A DNA stretch of 64,000 bases from a virus. Where the stretch lies: positions 42,022 to 106,021 of the IMG/VR virus record IMGVR_UViG_3300021139_000002. One strand, given 5' to 3'. The notes under the pieces are model-generated. The model had not been told where the DNA came from. It saw only the letters and a program-made list of their open reading frames with translations, and did not search any database. Positions 1-8,663 of the stretch are shown one piece after another. Position numbers and translations under genes: made by a program. Each line of letters opens with the position of its first letter. The stretch's first letter is position 1.

Positions 1-1
1 A

Positions 2-67
2 GACAGCCAAACTCTTGTAACTAAAAAGCCTACAACAACCAAAGCAAAAAAGACAACAGATGAGTGA
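2..67 (+). CDS. 3' end of an upstream CDS (partial, Lys/Thr-rich C-terminus)
   Basis: Frame 2 is open from the window edge (DSQTLVTKKPTTTKAKKTTDE*); its stop overlaps the start of the next gene (ATGAGTGA). Confidence 0.45.
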   Translation, partial: DSQTLVTKKPTTTKAKKTTDE

Positions 68-443
68 ACTATCAATGATTTGGGTTACCTTCCAGAAAGA
101 AGGTATCCACTGCTACCCTGCCGCGGCAACTGATCCTAAACTTGCCACAGGCGATGAGTATGATGTTAGTTTCTTAGGAACACCGCATCGTCATATCTTT
201 CACTTCAAAGTTTCTATTGAAGTCTTTCAAGATGATCGTGATATCGAATTTATCCAGTTTAAGCGTTGGCTTGAAAAGTGCTACAGCGATGGCACATTAG
301 AGCTTAACCACAAATCCTGTGAGATGATTGCTCGTGATCTTAACACGACAATTACCGCAAGATATCCAGGTCGTAAGACCTCGATTGAAGTAAGTGAGGA
401 TGGCGAGAATGGCGCTACCCTTGCATTTTTTAACCAAACCTAA
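60..443 (+). CDS. QueD-like / 6-pyruvoyl-tetrahydropterin synthase-like T-fold protein (phage type)
   Basis: N-terminal His (EGIH), HRH metal motif (PHRHIFHFKV), SCEMIA and terminal VSEDGENGA resemble the PTPS/QueD pattern; QueE lies 3 kb downstream. Confidence 0.65.
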   Translation: MSELSMIWVTFQKEGIHCYPAAATDPKLATGDEYDVSFLGTPHRHIFHFKVSIEVFQDDRDIEFIQFKRWLEKCYSDGTLELNHKSCEMIARDLNTTITARYPGRKTSIEVSEDGENGATLAFFNQT

Positions 444-460
444 TATTAGGAAATAATAAA

Positions 461-703
461 ATGGCACAACCCGCCTACATTCAAAAAACCCTTCGTATGA
501 AACCCGAAGTCGAAAAAATCTTCGATGACCTCGATGCATGGCTTGACCATTGCCGTTTCAACCTGTTGGATTTTAATCCAGCAGACTTGTATCGCTCGCA
601 AGAGTATCGATACTTTGCCAATCGCGGCAAACCACGCGAAGGATACAAGGGTAAAAATCCTCGTTACGAGAATCGAAACAATGGCGAACGTTTTTCTCGT
701 TGA
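461..703 (+). CDS. hypothetical protein, 80 aa
   Basis: AGGA SD upstream; overlaps start of next gene. Confidence 0.7.
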   Translation: MAQPAYIQKTLRMKPEVEKIFDDLDAWLDHCRFNLLDFNPADLYRSQEYRYFANRGKPREGYKGKNPRYENRNNGERFSR

Positions 704-1754
704 TCTTGAAAGCGTAGAAACAAGGTACACGGGTCAATGGAAGGCCCATGTACCTAATCTACTTTCAAAAGCAGGACATAATGTTCAAGTTATATCTGGC
801 CCTACTGATATCCCTAGTGCTACTACCCCTGGTGCTTTTCTTAATTTTGGCGGCACCAATATCTACAAAGCAAATCAAGTCGAGCAGATTGGACGGTTAT
901 TTTGCTCCGGAGCAGTTAAACCTGGCGATCATTTTTTGTTTACTGACGCTTGGCATCCTGGCATCATTAATTTAAAGTACATGAGTCAATTACTAGGCAT
1001 CCCAGTAATTACACATGGACTATGGCATGCCGGGTCATACGACCCTCAAGACTTTTTAGGTCGTCTTGTTGGAGATACTCCTTGGGTTAGACATGCTGAA
1101 AAGAGTTTCTATCATTCGTTTGATCATAATCACTTTGCTACAGAATTTCACATCGAGATGTTCTGTAAAAATTTGTTAGATTATGTAAACTCAGATGTTG
1201 TTCGTCAATTTGCACCAACTAAAATTGTACGCACAGGTTGGCCAATGGAATATATGGTTGATACACTTTCTTCATACAAGGGTATGAATAAACGAGATCT
1301 AATCTTGTTCCCACATCGCATCGCACCTGAAAAACAAGTCGATATTTTCCGAGACTTAAAAGAACACTTATCACAATACGAGTTTGTTGTATGTCAGGAT
1401 CAGCAACTAACTAAAAATGAATATCATAATTTGTTAGGTGAAGCAAAACTGGTATTCAGTGCAAACTTGCAAGAAACATTGGGTATCAGTTGGTACGAAG
1501 GTGCTATTGTAGGTGCTATTCCAATGGTGCCAGATCGTTTAAGTTATAGCGAAATGGCATTTGATACATTTAAGTATCCTAGTGCGTGGACTGAAAATTT
1601 TAATTCATACGCATTTCATAGGCCGGAATTATGCAGTAAAATTATCCAATACATGGATAATTATGAAAAATTCTTACCTACGTTGAATAAGCAGGTCGAT
1701 TCTTTAACTGAAAATTTCTTTAGTGCAACTACATTGGTGGAGATGATTAAATGA
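681..1754 (+). CDS. glycosyltransferase (GT-B, GT4-like)
   Basis: Likely start ATG 681 (MANVFLVD); FPHRIAPEKQ and ETLGISWYEG (E-x7-E) GT-B motifs. Confidence 0.8.
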   Translation: MANVFLVDLESVETRYTGQWKAHVPNLLSKAGHNVQVISGPTDIPSATTPGAFLNFGGTNIYKANQVEQIGRLFCSGAVKPGDHFLFTDAWHPGIINLKYMSQLLGIPVITHGLWHAGSYDPQDFLGRLVGDTPWVRHAEKSFYHSFDHNHFATEFHIEMFCKNLLDYVNSDVVRQFAPTKIVRTGWPMEYMVDTLSSYKGMNKRDLILFPHRIAPEKQVDIFRDLKEHLSQYEFVVCQDQQLTKNEYHNLLGEAKLVFSANLQETLGISWYEGAIVGAIPMVPDRLSYSEMAFDTFKYPSAWTENFNSYAFHRPELCSKIIQYMDNYEKFLPTLNKQVDSLTENFFSATTLVEMIK

Positions 1755-2215
1755 AATGGTTATTAAATACACTCGAGCGTTTAGGTCGTAAACGTGTTGT
1801 GATGGATAGAATTAACGATGAACCTTATCTTGAACGTTATTACCTTTTTCTTAAAGATAGAAAGCGGTTCCCTTTCAATATGTTTCTTCACCGTTTCCTT
1901 AAGTCAGATCCCGATGATGTGCATGATCATCCATGGCCTTACGCTACACTTATCTTAAAAGGTGGTTATTATGAATGGACTCCTATATTCGACGGAGAAA
2001 ACAAAAAAATCGGAGAAGTACGAAAATGGAAGGGCGCTGGACACTTTCGTACTTGTAGTGCTCGCTCTTATCATCGTATTGAGCTTGACCCTAGCGTAGA
2101 ATGCTGGACATTGTTTATGCCTGGTCCACAAACCCGTGAATGGGGATTCTTATACAAGAATAAGTGGATGCACAACGACGAATATCTTAAAGGTCGAGCT
2201 GAGAGAATTTTGTAA
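1751..2215 (+). CDS. cupin-fold metal-binding protein
   Basis: HDHPW...GGYYE...YHRIEL cupin motifs; ATGA-type overlap with the upstream gene. Confidence 0.7.
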   Translation: MKWLLNTLERLGRKRVVMDRINDEPYLERYYLFLKDRKRFPFNMFLHRFLKSDPDDVHDHPWPYATLILKGGYYEWTPIFDGENKKIGEVRKWKGAGHFRTCSARSYHRIELDPSVECWTLFMPGPQTREWGFLYKNKWMHNDEYLKGRAERIL

Positions 2216-3224
2216 TTCTCTGATCATCTTCATTAATGCAGGAAATCATTCCGCATTTTTGAGGACCTTGAGGGGGCATCCATCCAGGATGCCATATATT
2301 GCCTAATGCAATGTTATTGCAATTACTGCCGGATACCCAACCTTGTCCGCCTATATTCAATCTTTCAACTCCAGCATTACATAGTTGTCCTACGTAACTA
2401 GGATGCTTACTATAGGTATCTTCATACCTTTCATCCCAAGTAGTTTCTTGAAAGTAAATCTTTTCTTCTACTAATTTACTTGTCTCCACGGGCGGTGGCG
2501 GTGGCGGTGGTGGGGGAGGAGGTTCCGGAGGCGGTGCTTCTGCTAGTCTACGTCGCATTTCTTCTTCGCGACGTTTTTGTTCTTCAATACGTTTTGCACG
2601 TTCTTCTAAAGTACGTTGACGCATTTCTTTAGACATGTTATAAAAATCAATTTTTTGCAAATCTTCGTATGAATATTTGAGCATACCTGCACTAGGATCT
2701 GCATTAAAATACAATTGAGTTTTCGAAACCAACATATCAATTGTATCTTCTAACTCAAGCACTCTATCAATATCTTCTTGTACATTGGTATTTCTTATAG
2801 GCGCACTAATTGTAAATTTTTTACCTTTGGCATTAAATGTATCTACAATATATTTTATCAATGCAGGATTTTGCCAATGGTGATATGTTAGCACTAAGTT
2901 ATCTACATACGGTTCTAACGCCCACCAATCTAACCAAAGTTTACCGCCATTAGTATGTAGTGTAACACTATCGCCGTTTGCTCTACATAATTTTAAAAAT
3001 TGAGCAATATAATCCATATCTAACGGTTCGCCGCCGTTAAAAATCCATTCTATACTTCTGCCCTGTTTCTCTTTATAAGAATCTATAAGTAATTGAGCAA
3101 TACGTAGATATTCGTTTATTTCGGGAGGAAGGCCGCCTCCCCTAGAATGAGTTGGACAATACTCACATTGGGCTTTGCAGTAATCGTTTAATGTCCAAGA
3201 TATAATTGTTTTTAAATTGTCCAT
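2187..3224 (-). CDS. radical SAM protein with SPASM/twitch-like C-terminus and poly-Pro insertion
   Basis: CKAQCEYC, GGEP, TNG motifs; C-terminal CNAG...C...LGNI...C...C. Confidence 0.85.
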   Translation of the reverse strand: MDNLKTIISWTLNDYCKAQCEYCPTHSRGGGLPPEINEYLRIAQLLIDSYKEKQGRSIEWIFNGGEPLDMDYIAQFLKLCRANGDSVTLHTNGGKLWLDWWALEPYVDNLVLTYHHWQNPALIKYIVDTFNAKGKKFTISAPIRNTNVQEDIDRVLELEDTIDMLVSKTQLYFNADPSAGMLKYSYEDLQKIDFYNMSKEMRQRTLEERAKRIEEQKRREEEMRRRLAEAPPPEPPPPPPPPPPPVETSKLVEEKIYFQETTWDERYEDTYSKHPSYVGQLCNAGVERLNIGGQGWVSGSNCNNIALGNIWHPGWMPPQGPQKCGMISCINEDDQRITKFSQLDL

Positions 3225-3231
3225 ACGGTCC

Positions 3232-3260
3232 TTGACAAGTCTAAATAAAGTATGTATAAT
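3232..3260 (+). promoter_or_regulatory. sigma70-type promoter with TAAATA late element in its spacer
   Basis: TTGACA-17 nt-TATAAT exact consensus; TAAATA at 3242-3247. Confidence 0.85.
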
Positions 3261-3284
3261 GTACTTATCTTATCAAGGCGTACA

Positions 3285-3569
3285 ATGGATTTAGACTCAA
3301 AAACTAAAGAAGTAATGGACATTCTACAAGAAGAATGTGCAGAGGTTATACAGGCAGTTAGTAAAATTAGCCGATTTGGAATTGATAACCTTAAACCAGG
3401 CAAACCAAAAACTAATCGAGAACATCTCGAGGAAGAACTCGGAGACATGTTGGCTATGATCGATATCTTAAAAGAAAAAGGTATCGTGTCCGGCGCTTGT
3501 TTAGAAGCAGCCAAATATGCCAAAATTGAAAAACTAAAAAAATGGTCAAACATATATGAGCAAAATTAA
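3285..3569 (+). CDS. MazG-like NTP pyrophosphohydrolase
   Basis: EECAEVIQA...LEEELGDML acidic motifs; start reassigned to ATG 3285, downstream of the promoter. Confidence 0.8.
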   Translation: MDLDSKTKEVMDILQEECAEVIQAVSKISRFGIDNLKPGKPKTNREHLEEELGDMLAMIDILKEKGIVSGACLEAAKYAKIEKLKKWSNIYEQN

Positions 3570-4410
3570 AATCGCAGAACTCTTTTACTCAATACAGGGC
3601 GAAGGTCGCTATATGGGCGTTCCCTCTGTATTTCTTCGCACCTTCGGGTGTAACTTTAAATGCCAAGGGTTTGGCATGCCTCGTGGAGAACTTAGCAATG
3701 AAGCAGAAAATATTGACCCGTCTAAGTACACCGAGTACAAATCGTTACCTTTGGTTAGTACAGGTTGTGATAGTTACGCTTCTTGGGATCCTCGCTTTAA
3801 GCATCTATCTCCCCTTCTTTCTACTGATGCGATTGCCACTGCTATTGTTGATACGCTACCGTACAAGGAATGGCGGGACGAACATCTCGTAATCACAGGC
3901 GGCGAGCCATTGCTAGGTTGGCAAAAGCAATATCCAGATTTACTCAATCACGAAAAGATGCGTGGCTTAAAAGAAATTACTTTTGAGACAAACGGCACAA
4001 TGCGTCTAACCTCAGACTTCACACAATTCATAAAAGACTGGGCATGGGATCATGAAAAATCACTAATGCGACAGGTGACATTCAGTGTTAGTGCTAAACT
4101 TCCATGTAGCGGTGAGCCATGGAAAGATGCTATTAAACCAGAGGTTGTTAAATCATATCAAGATACTGGTTCATATGTTTATTTGAAATTTGTTATTAGC
4201 ACAGAGGAGGACCTTAAAGATGCTGAACGAGCAGTTGAAGAATATCGTGCGGCGGGCTTTACTGGTCCTGTGTACATTATGCCTGTTGGTGGCGTTGAAC
4301 GGGTGTACACTCTTAATAATAGATCAGTAGCAGAGATGGCAATGCGAAAAGGATGGAGGTATTCAGACCGACTTCAAGTGCCACTATTTAAAAACGAATG
4401 GGGAACCTAA
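3556..4410 (+). CDS. queE: 7-carboxy-7-deazaguanine synthase QueE (radical SAM)
   Basis: ELFYSIQGEG, VFLRTFGCNFKC...GCDS, ITGGEP, ETNG, RLQ near C-terminus. Confidence 0.85.
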   Translation: MSKIKIAELFYSIQGEGRYMGVPSVFLRTFGCNFKCQGFGMPRGELSNEAENIDPSKYTEYKSLPLVSTGCDSYASWDPRFKHLSPLLSTDAIATAIVDTLPYKEWRDEHLVITGGEPLLGWQKQYPDLLNHEKMRGLKEITFETNGTMRLTSDFTQFIKDWAWDHEKSLMRQVTFSVSAKLPCSGEPWKDAIKPEVVKSYQDTGSYVYLKFVISTEEDLKDAERAVEEYRAAGFTGPVYIMPVGGVERVYTLNNRSVAEMAMRKGWRYSDRLQVPLFKNEWGT

Positions 4411-4589
4411 TGGAAACTCATAAAAGAACTATTGCTAGAACACTTAGCTATAGATTCACAGCATTACTTATAACTGCGTTATGGACAGGTTTAGGCGAAG
4501 CCGTTGCTATTCATTTTGTACTTGCATTGTGGCAATATTTTATAGAAAGAATCTGGCTTAAAATTAAATGGGGGAAGGTGAATGAATAA
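4410..4589 (+). CDS. small membrane protein (DUF2061-like)
   Basis: ETHKRTIARTLSYR...ERIW..IKWG pattern with hydrophobic core. Confidence 0.6.
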   Translation: METHKRTIARTLSYRFTALLITALWTGLGEAVAIHFVLALWQYFIERIWLKIKWGKVNE

Positions 4590-5028
4590 ATTTATTAAAA
4601 AAATATTTGGCATAGATAAAATCGAAGCCGCAACAGAACATGCAATCTCACAAGGCGAAGCAGCCGCAAGGTTAGCCAAAGAAGCATTAGATGCCGCAGA
4701 AGCCGCAAAAGAGCAAGAACGCCTTGCTAAACTTAGTCCAAAAGAATTGGCTACAGAAAAGAAAGAGCCTTGGATTGCTGTAACTAATACCCACGTAAAT
4801 AAAGATAACCTACGAAATGGATTTTTTGAACTTGATTGGAACGAGTATTTTGTGTTACAATTAAGGAGTGCAGGTTATATCGGTGAAACTGAAGAAGAAG
4901 TTGTAGACGAATGGTTCAGCGAACTATGTCGAAATTTGGGCAATGAAGAAGGTATCGATATGAGCCGCCGCGGTGCCGGTTACGTCAATCGTGCGTTACG
5001 TGATGATGGAAGATCTGAGGTCAGCTAA
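4582..5028 (+). CDS. hypothetical phage protein
   Basis: 148-aa ORF, coupled overlaps at both ends. Confidence 0.8.
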   Translation: MNKFIKKIFGIDKIEAATEHAISQGEAAARLAKEALDAAEAAKEQERLAKLSPKELATEKKEPWIAVTNTHVNKDNLRNGFFELDWNEYFVLQLRSAGYIGETEEEVVDEWFSELCRNLGNEEGIDMSRRGAGYVNRALRDDGRSEVS

Positions 5029-6020
5029 TGAACAAAACATACATTCTTGTAGATACTGCTAATACATTCTTTAGGGCTAGACACGTTATTCGTGGTAGCC
5101 TAGAAGATAAAGTTGGTATGAGTATTCACACCACTTTGAGTAGTATTCGCAAGGCATGGCGAGATTTTAACGGCAGTCATATTGTGTTCTGTTTAGAAGG
5201 TCGGTCGTGGCGCAAGGATCATTATGCTCCTTACAAGCGTAACCGCACCGACGCTCGGGCCGCGCAGAGCCCTCGCGAGGCTGAAGAAGATCGCGTATTT
5301 TGGGAAACATTTGATCAGTTCAAAGACTTCGTTATCAACAAAACAAATTGCACCGTATTACAACATCCGCAACTTGAAGCAGATGATTTAATTGCAGGTT
5401 TTATCCAAAGTCACCCTAACGACAATCACGTGATTATTTCAACAGATGGAGATTTTGCACAATTGATTTCTCCTAATGTTCGGCAATATAATGGTGTAAT
5501 GGAAATTACAACTACACACGAAGGATACTTTGATGCAAAAGGTAAGCGTGTCATTGATAAGAAAACTAAGCAAGAAAAGCCCGCTCCGGACCCACAATGG
5601 TTACTCTTTGAGAAGTGTATGCGTGGCGACACCTCCGACAATATCTTCTCTGCATATCCGGGAGTACGTGAGAAAGGCACAAAGAATAAGGTTGGTCTCC
5701 GTGAGGCCTTTGCCGATAGAGACAGCAAAGGATGGTCTTGGAACAATCTCATGTTGCAACGTTGGACTGACCACGAAGGTGTCGAACATCGTGTACTAGA
5801 CGATTATTATCGAAATGTTAAGTTGTGCGACCTTTCAGCACAACCTGATGAGATTAGAAAGATAATCGATGAGACAATCACTGCGGCAACTACAGCAGAG
5901 AAGAATATTCCACAGGTTGGCATACGCCTGCTAAAATTCTGTGCAGAGTACAACATGGTTAAAATTAGTGAGCAAGTACAAAGTTATGCAGATCCACTTA
6001 ATGCGAGGTACGTAGCATGA
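5028..6020 (+). CDS. rnh: T4 RNase H-like 5'-3' exonuclease (flap endonuclease family)
   Basis: ILVD..N, YKRNR, EADDLIA, STDGDFAQL, GDTSDNI motifs. Confidence 0.9.
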   Translation: MNKTYILVDTANTFFRARHVIRGSLEDKVGMSIHTTLSSIRKAWRDFNGSHIVFCLEGRSWRKDHYAPYKRNRTDARAAQSPREAEEDRVFWETFDQFKDFVINKTNCTVLQHPQLEADDLIAGFIQSHPNDNHVIISTDGDFAQLISPNVRQYNGVMEITTTHEGYFDAKGKRVIDKKTKQEKPAPDPQWLLFEKCMRGDTSDNIFSAYPGVREKGTKNKVGLREAFADRDSKGWSWNNLMLQRWTDHEGVEHRVLDDYYRNVKLCDLSAQPDEIRKIIDETITAATTAEKNIPQVGIRLLKFCAEYNMVKISEQVQSYADPLNARYVA

Positions 6021-6499
6021 ATTCAACAGCCAAAGTATTAGTTCCAAATAAAGAATGGCTAGTTACTGATAACAATCAGAAAATTGGTGCCATCACAAAA
6101 AACAAAAAAGGTTATATCTTTACTAGAAAAGGAAAAGCCATAGGATTTAAAAATCTAAATGACTTAAAAAGTCAATTAGGTATTGAGTTGTTTGAAGAAG
6201 GCATTAAAAAAATTACAGCCGATCCCGATAACAAAAACTATGCAATATACGATTTTCCGTGCAGTTCAAAACCTTATGAACCTGTATATAGTGTAAAAGA
6301 AAAACTTCCATTGTTTGCAAAAAGTGCCAAGAGTAAAAGCCGTTATTGTGCAGGTTATTACACAATCAAATTCCGCAAAGGATGGGTCAAATCATTCTGT
6401 CCTAAATTGATTACGTTACAACGATATGCCTATTACGGTCCTTTCAAAACTGAAACTGAAATGAAAGTTACATTAAATAATGTGAACAAATATGAGTAA
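6017..6499 (+). CDS. hypothetical phage protein
   Basis: 160-aa ORF in operon, ATGA overlap. Confidence 0.75.
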   Translation: MNSTAKVLVPNKEWLVTDNNQKIGAITKNKKGYIFTRKGKAIGFKNLNDLKSQLGIELFEEGIKKITADPDNKNYAIYDFPCSSKPYEPVYSVKEKLPLFAKSAKSKSRYCAGYYTIKFRKGWVKSFCPKLITLQRYAYYGPFKTETEMKVTLNNVNKYE

Positions 6500-6701
6500 T
6501 CTTAATACATTTCCAATCGAAGATTTCCTAAATAAGGCAAGATTAGCAATTAAAACTAATCAAAAAAACCTTACCTTGACTATTAAAGAAGTGACAGATT
6601 TACAAAATAGTCTTAGTGTTGTAATGACTAGAATTGCAGGTGAATCCAATTCTGATACACAAGAGGACATTGTTATCAAATTGAACGGTGGTACTTTTTA
6701 A
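6492..6701 (+). CDS. hypothetical protein
   Basis: 69-aa ORF overlapping the upstream stop. Confidence 0.7.
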   Translation: MSNLNTFPIEDFLNKARLAIKTNQKNLTLTIKEVTDLQNSLSVVMTRIAGESNSDTQEDIVIKLNGGTF

Positions 6702-6747
6702 ATAACTTTGGTAAATATATACGCACTTATCGGAGCAAGCGTATATC

Positions 6748-7047
6748 ATGAGCAGACCAAAGCCAACCGTGTTATTAGAGATAACAAATAAGAAAACATA
6801 TAAAACAGAACAGGTTTTAGATGCAGAGGCCATTTGGGCTGTGTTTTACAAAGACAAGCCTATAAATTTGAAAACCAGTAGTATGTTAGGACAACAACTA
6901 GGTCCAAAATATAAAAAAGTCAGTTTTTCAAATGCCGGCCATGCACATAATCTTGCTGAAAAGTTGAACAAAATGTTTAACTCCGAAGACTTCTCTGTTT
7001 TTAAACTAACTACCGGCGAGAAGTTATTAAATGACTCAAAAGAGTGA
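6748..7047 (+). CDS. hypothetical phage protein
   Basis: 99-aa ORF with GGAG SD and TAAATA at 6712-6717. Confidence 0.8.
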   Translation: MSRPKPTVLLEITNKKTYKTEQVLDAEAIWAVFYKDKPINLKTSSMLGQQLGPKYKKVSFSNAGHAHNLAEKLNKMFNSEDFSVFKLTTGEKLLNDSKE

Positions 7048-7423
7048 CATTACCAAATATGTAGCAGAACAAGAAGGGCTTTCCGTAGAGGAACCGCATC
7101 TTAAAAAATTGTTACCCGTTTGGTGGCAAAATCCTAGAAATAAACCAGTAGGAGGCCTACGTCTTACCGACGAAGGCTTTGCCCGATTGTCCAAATATTT
7201 TACAGCACTTCAAGTTAGATTTGAAGAAAAGTACGAAGACTTAAACTTTACAAACCAAATGATTCTCCGTTTGGATAACTTTATTACATGCCCTTGGTAC
7301 ATTACCAAAAAAGGTATGTGGGTTTTCGATGATAAAATGGCTGTCCAATTAGTGTTGTTTTCCGGCAACATTGAAAAATTTACATCTGCAAAAGCAAGAT
7401 CGCTTGACAAATCCGCAAAATAA
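7031..7423 (+). CDS. hypothetical phage protein
   Basis: 130-aa ORF overlapping the upstream gene. Confidence 0.75.
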   Translation: MTQKSDITKYVAEQEGLSVEEPHLKKLLPVWWQNPRNKPVGGLRLTDEGFARLSKYFTALQVRFEEKYEDLNFTNQMILRLDNFITCPWYITKKGMWVFDDKMAVQLVLFSGNIEKFTSAKARSLDKSAK

Positions 7424-7432
7424 GCGTATAAT
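7404..7432 (+). promoter_or_regulatory. sigma70-type promoter
   Basis: TTGACA-17 nt-TATAAT exact consensus upstream of the AAA ATPase. Confidence 0.85.
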
Positions 7433-7493
7433 CAATACATATTGAAGCACACGGCATTCAATATTTTTTAATCTAAATTTTTGAAAGCGTAAC

Positions 7494-8576
7494 ATGGCAG
7501 AGCAAATTTCAACTAGTCGCACCGTCACTCCTAACGAAGCTAAACGTGCTCTTCGTAAGTGTGTAAAAATCCAACGTCCAGTGTTCATGTGGGGTCCTCC
7601 CGGCATTGGCAAATCTGATATCGTTAAACAAATTGGCGATGAACAAGAACGTGAAGTTATTGACGTTCGTTTGAGCTTGTGGGAACCTACAGACATTAAA
7701 GGTATTCCTTACTTTGACTCAAATGCAAATACAATGACGTGGGCTCCTCCAGCAGAATTGCCTACAGATCCAAATTCTACTGCTATCCTGTTCTTAGACG
7801 AACTTAACTCTGCGGCTCCTGCTACTCAAGCGGCTGCTTTCCAGTTAGTGCTTAACCGCCGTGTTGGTACTTATCAACTTCCAAAAGGTGTTTCAATTGT
7901 TGCCGCAGGTAACCGTGAAACTGACAAAGGTGTTACTTATCGTATGCCTGCTCCGTTGGCTAACCGTTTCGTTCACATTGAACTTAAAACTGATTACGAA
8001 GATTGGTTGGAATGGGCTGTTACTAATAAAGTGCATGAGCAGGTTGTAGGTTATGTTGGCTTTGCCAAACAAGACTTGTATGACTTTGATCCAAAATCTA
8101 GCTCACGTGCCTTTGCTACTCCACGTAGCTGGTCATTTGTTTCCGAGTTGCTCAAAGATGACGACTTGCCAGAAAACACTTTGACTGATTTGGTTGCAGG
8201 TGCTATTGGCGAAGGTCTTGCTGTTAAGTTTATGGCACACCGCAAGGTTGCTAAACAAATGCCTAAGCCAGAAGATATCTTGGCAGGTAAAGTTAAGAAG
8301 TGCGACATCAAAGAAATCTCAGCGATGTATTCTTTGACCGTGTCAATGTGCTATGAACTTCAAACTGCTTATGAGAAGAAAGTTAAAGATTGGGATCCAA
8401 TGGCAGATAACTTCTTTGCGTTCATGATGGACAATTTCCCAACTGAACTAGTTGTTATGGGTGCCAAGGTTGCTCTTACTAACTATAACTTGCCATTCGA
8501 TGCAAGCAAACTTAACCACTTTGATCGTTTCCACGACAAATACGGTAAGTTCATTATCACTGCAATGGAAGGTTAA
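7494..8576 (+). CDS. MoxR/dynein-related AAA+ ATPase
   Basis: Walker A GPPGIGKS, Walker B ILFLDE, AAGN, LANRF, TPRSW. Confidence 0.9.
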   Translation: MAEQISTSRTVTPNEAKRALRKCVKIQRPVFMWGPPGIGKSDIVKQIGDEQEREVIDVRLSLWEPTDIKGIPYFDSNANTMTWAPPAELPTDPNSTAILFLDELNSAAPATQAAAFQLVLNRRVGTYQLPKGVSIVAAGNRETDKGVTYRMPAPLANRFVHIELKTDYEDWLEWAVTNKVHEQVVGYVGFAKQDLYDFDPKSSSRAFATPRSWSFVSELLKDDDLPENTLTDLVAGAIGEGLAVKFMAHRKVAKQMPKPEDILAGKVKKCDIKEISAMYSLTVSMCYELQTAYEKKVKDWDPMADNFFAFMMDNFPTELVVMGAKVALTNYNLPFDASKLNHFDRFHDKYGKFIITAMEG

Positions 8577-8580
8577 AATT

Positions 8581-8602
8581 GGGCCCTTAGGGGCCCTTTT
8601 TT
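8581..8602 (+). terminator. intrinsic terminator
   Basis: GGGCCC-TTAG-GGGCCC followed by T6. Confidence 0.8.
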
Positions 8603-8604
8603 AC

Positions 8605-8633
8605 TTGCATTATTTCTTATTTGAGTGTATAAT
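8605..8633 (+). promoter_or_regulatory. sigma70-type promoter
   Basis: TTGCAT-17 nt-TATAAT directly after the terminator. Confidence 0.7.
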
Positions 8634-8663
8634 TGTATATATACATGAAACAGGAGCATTAAA

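Noticed and set aside
525-680. N-terminal extension of the glycosyltransferase in the ORF track
   Set aside because: Overlaps gene 461-703; ATG 681 gives a sensible domain start
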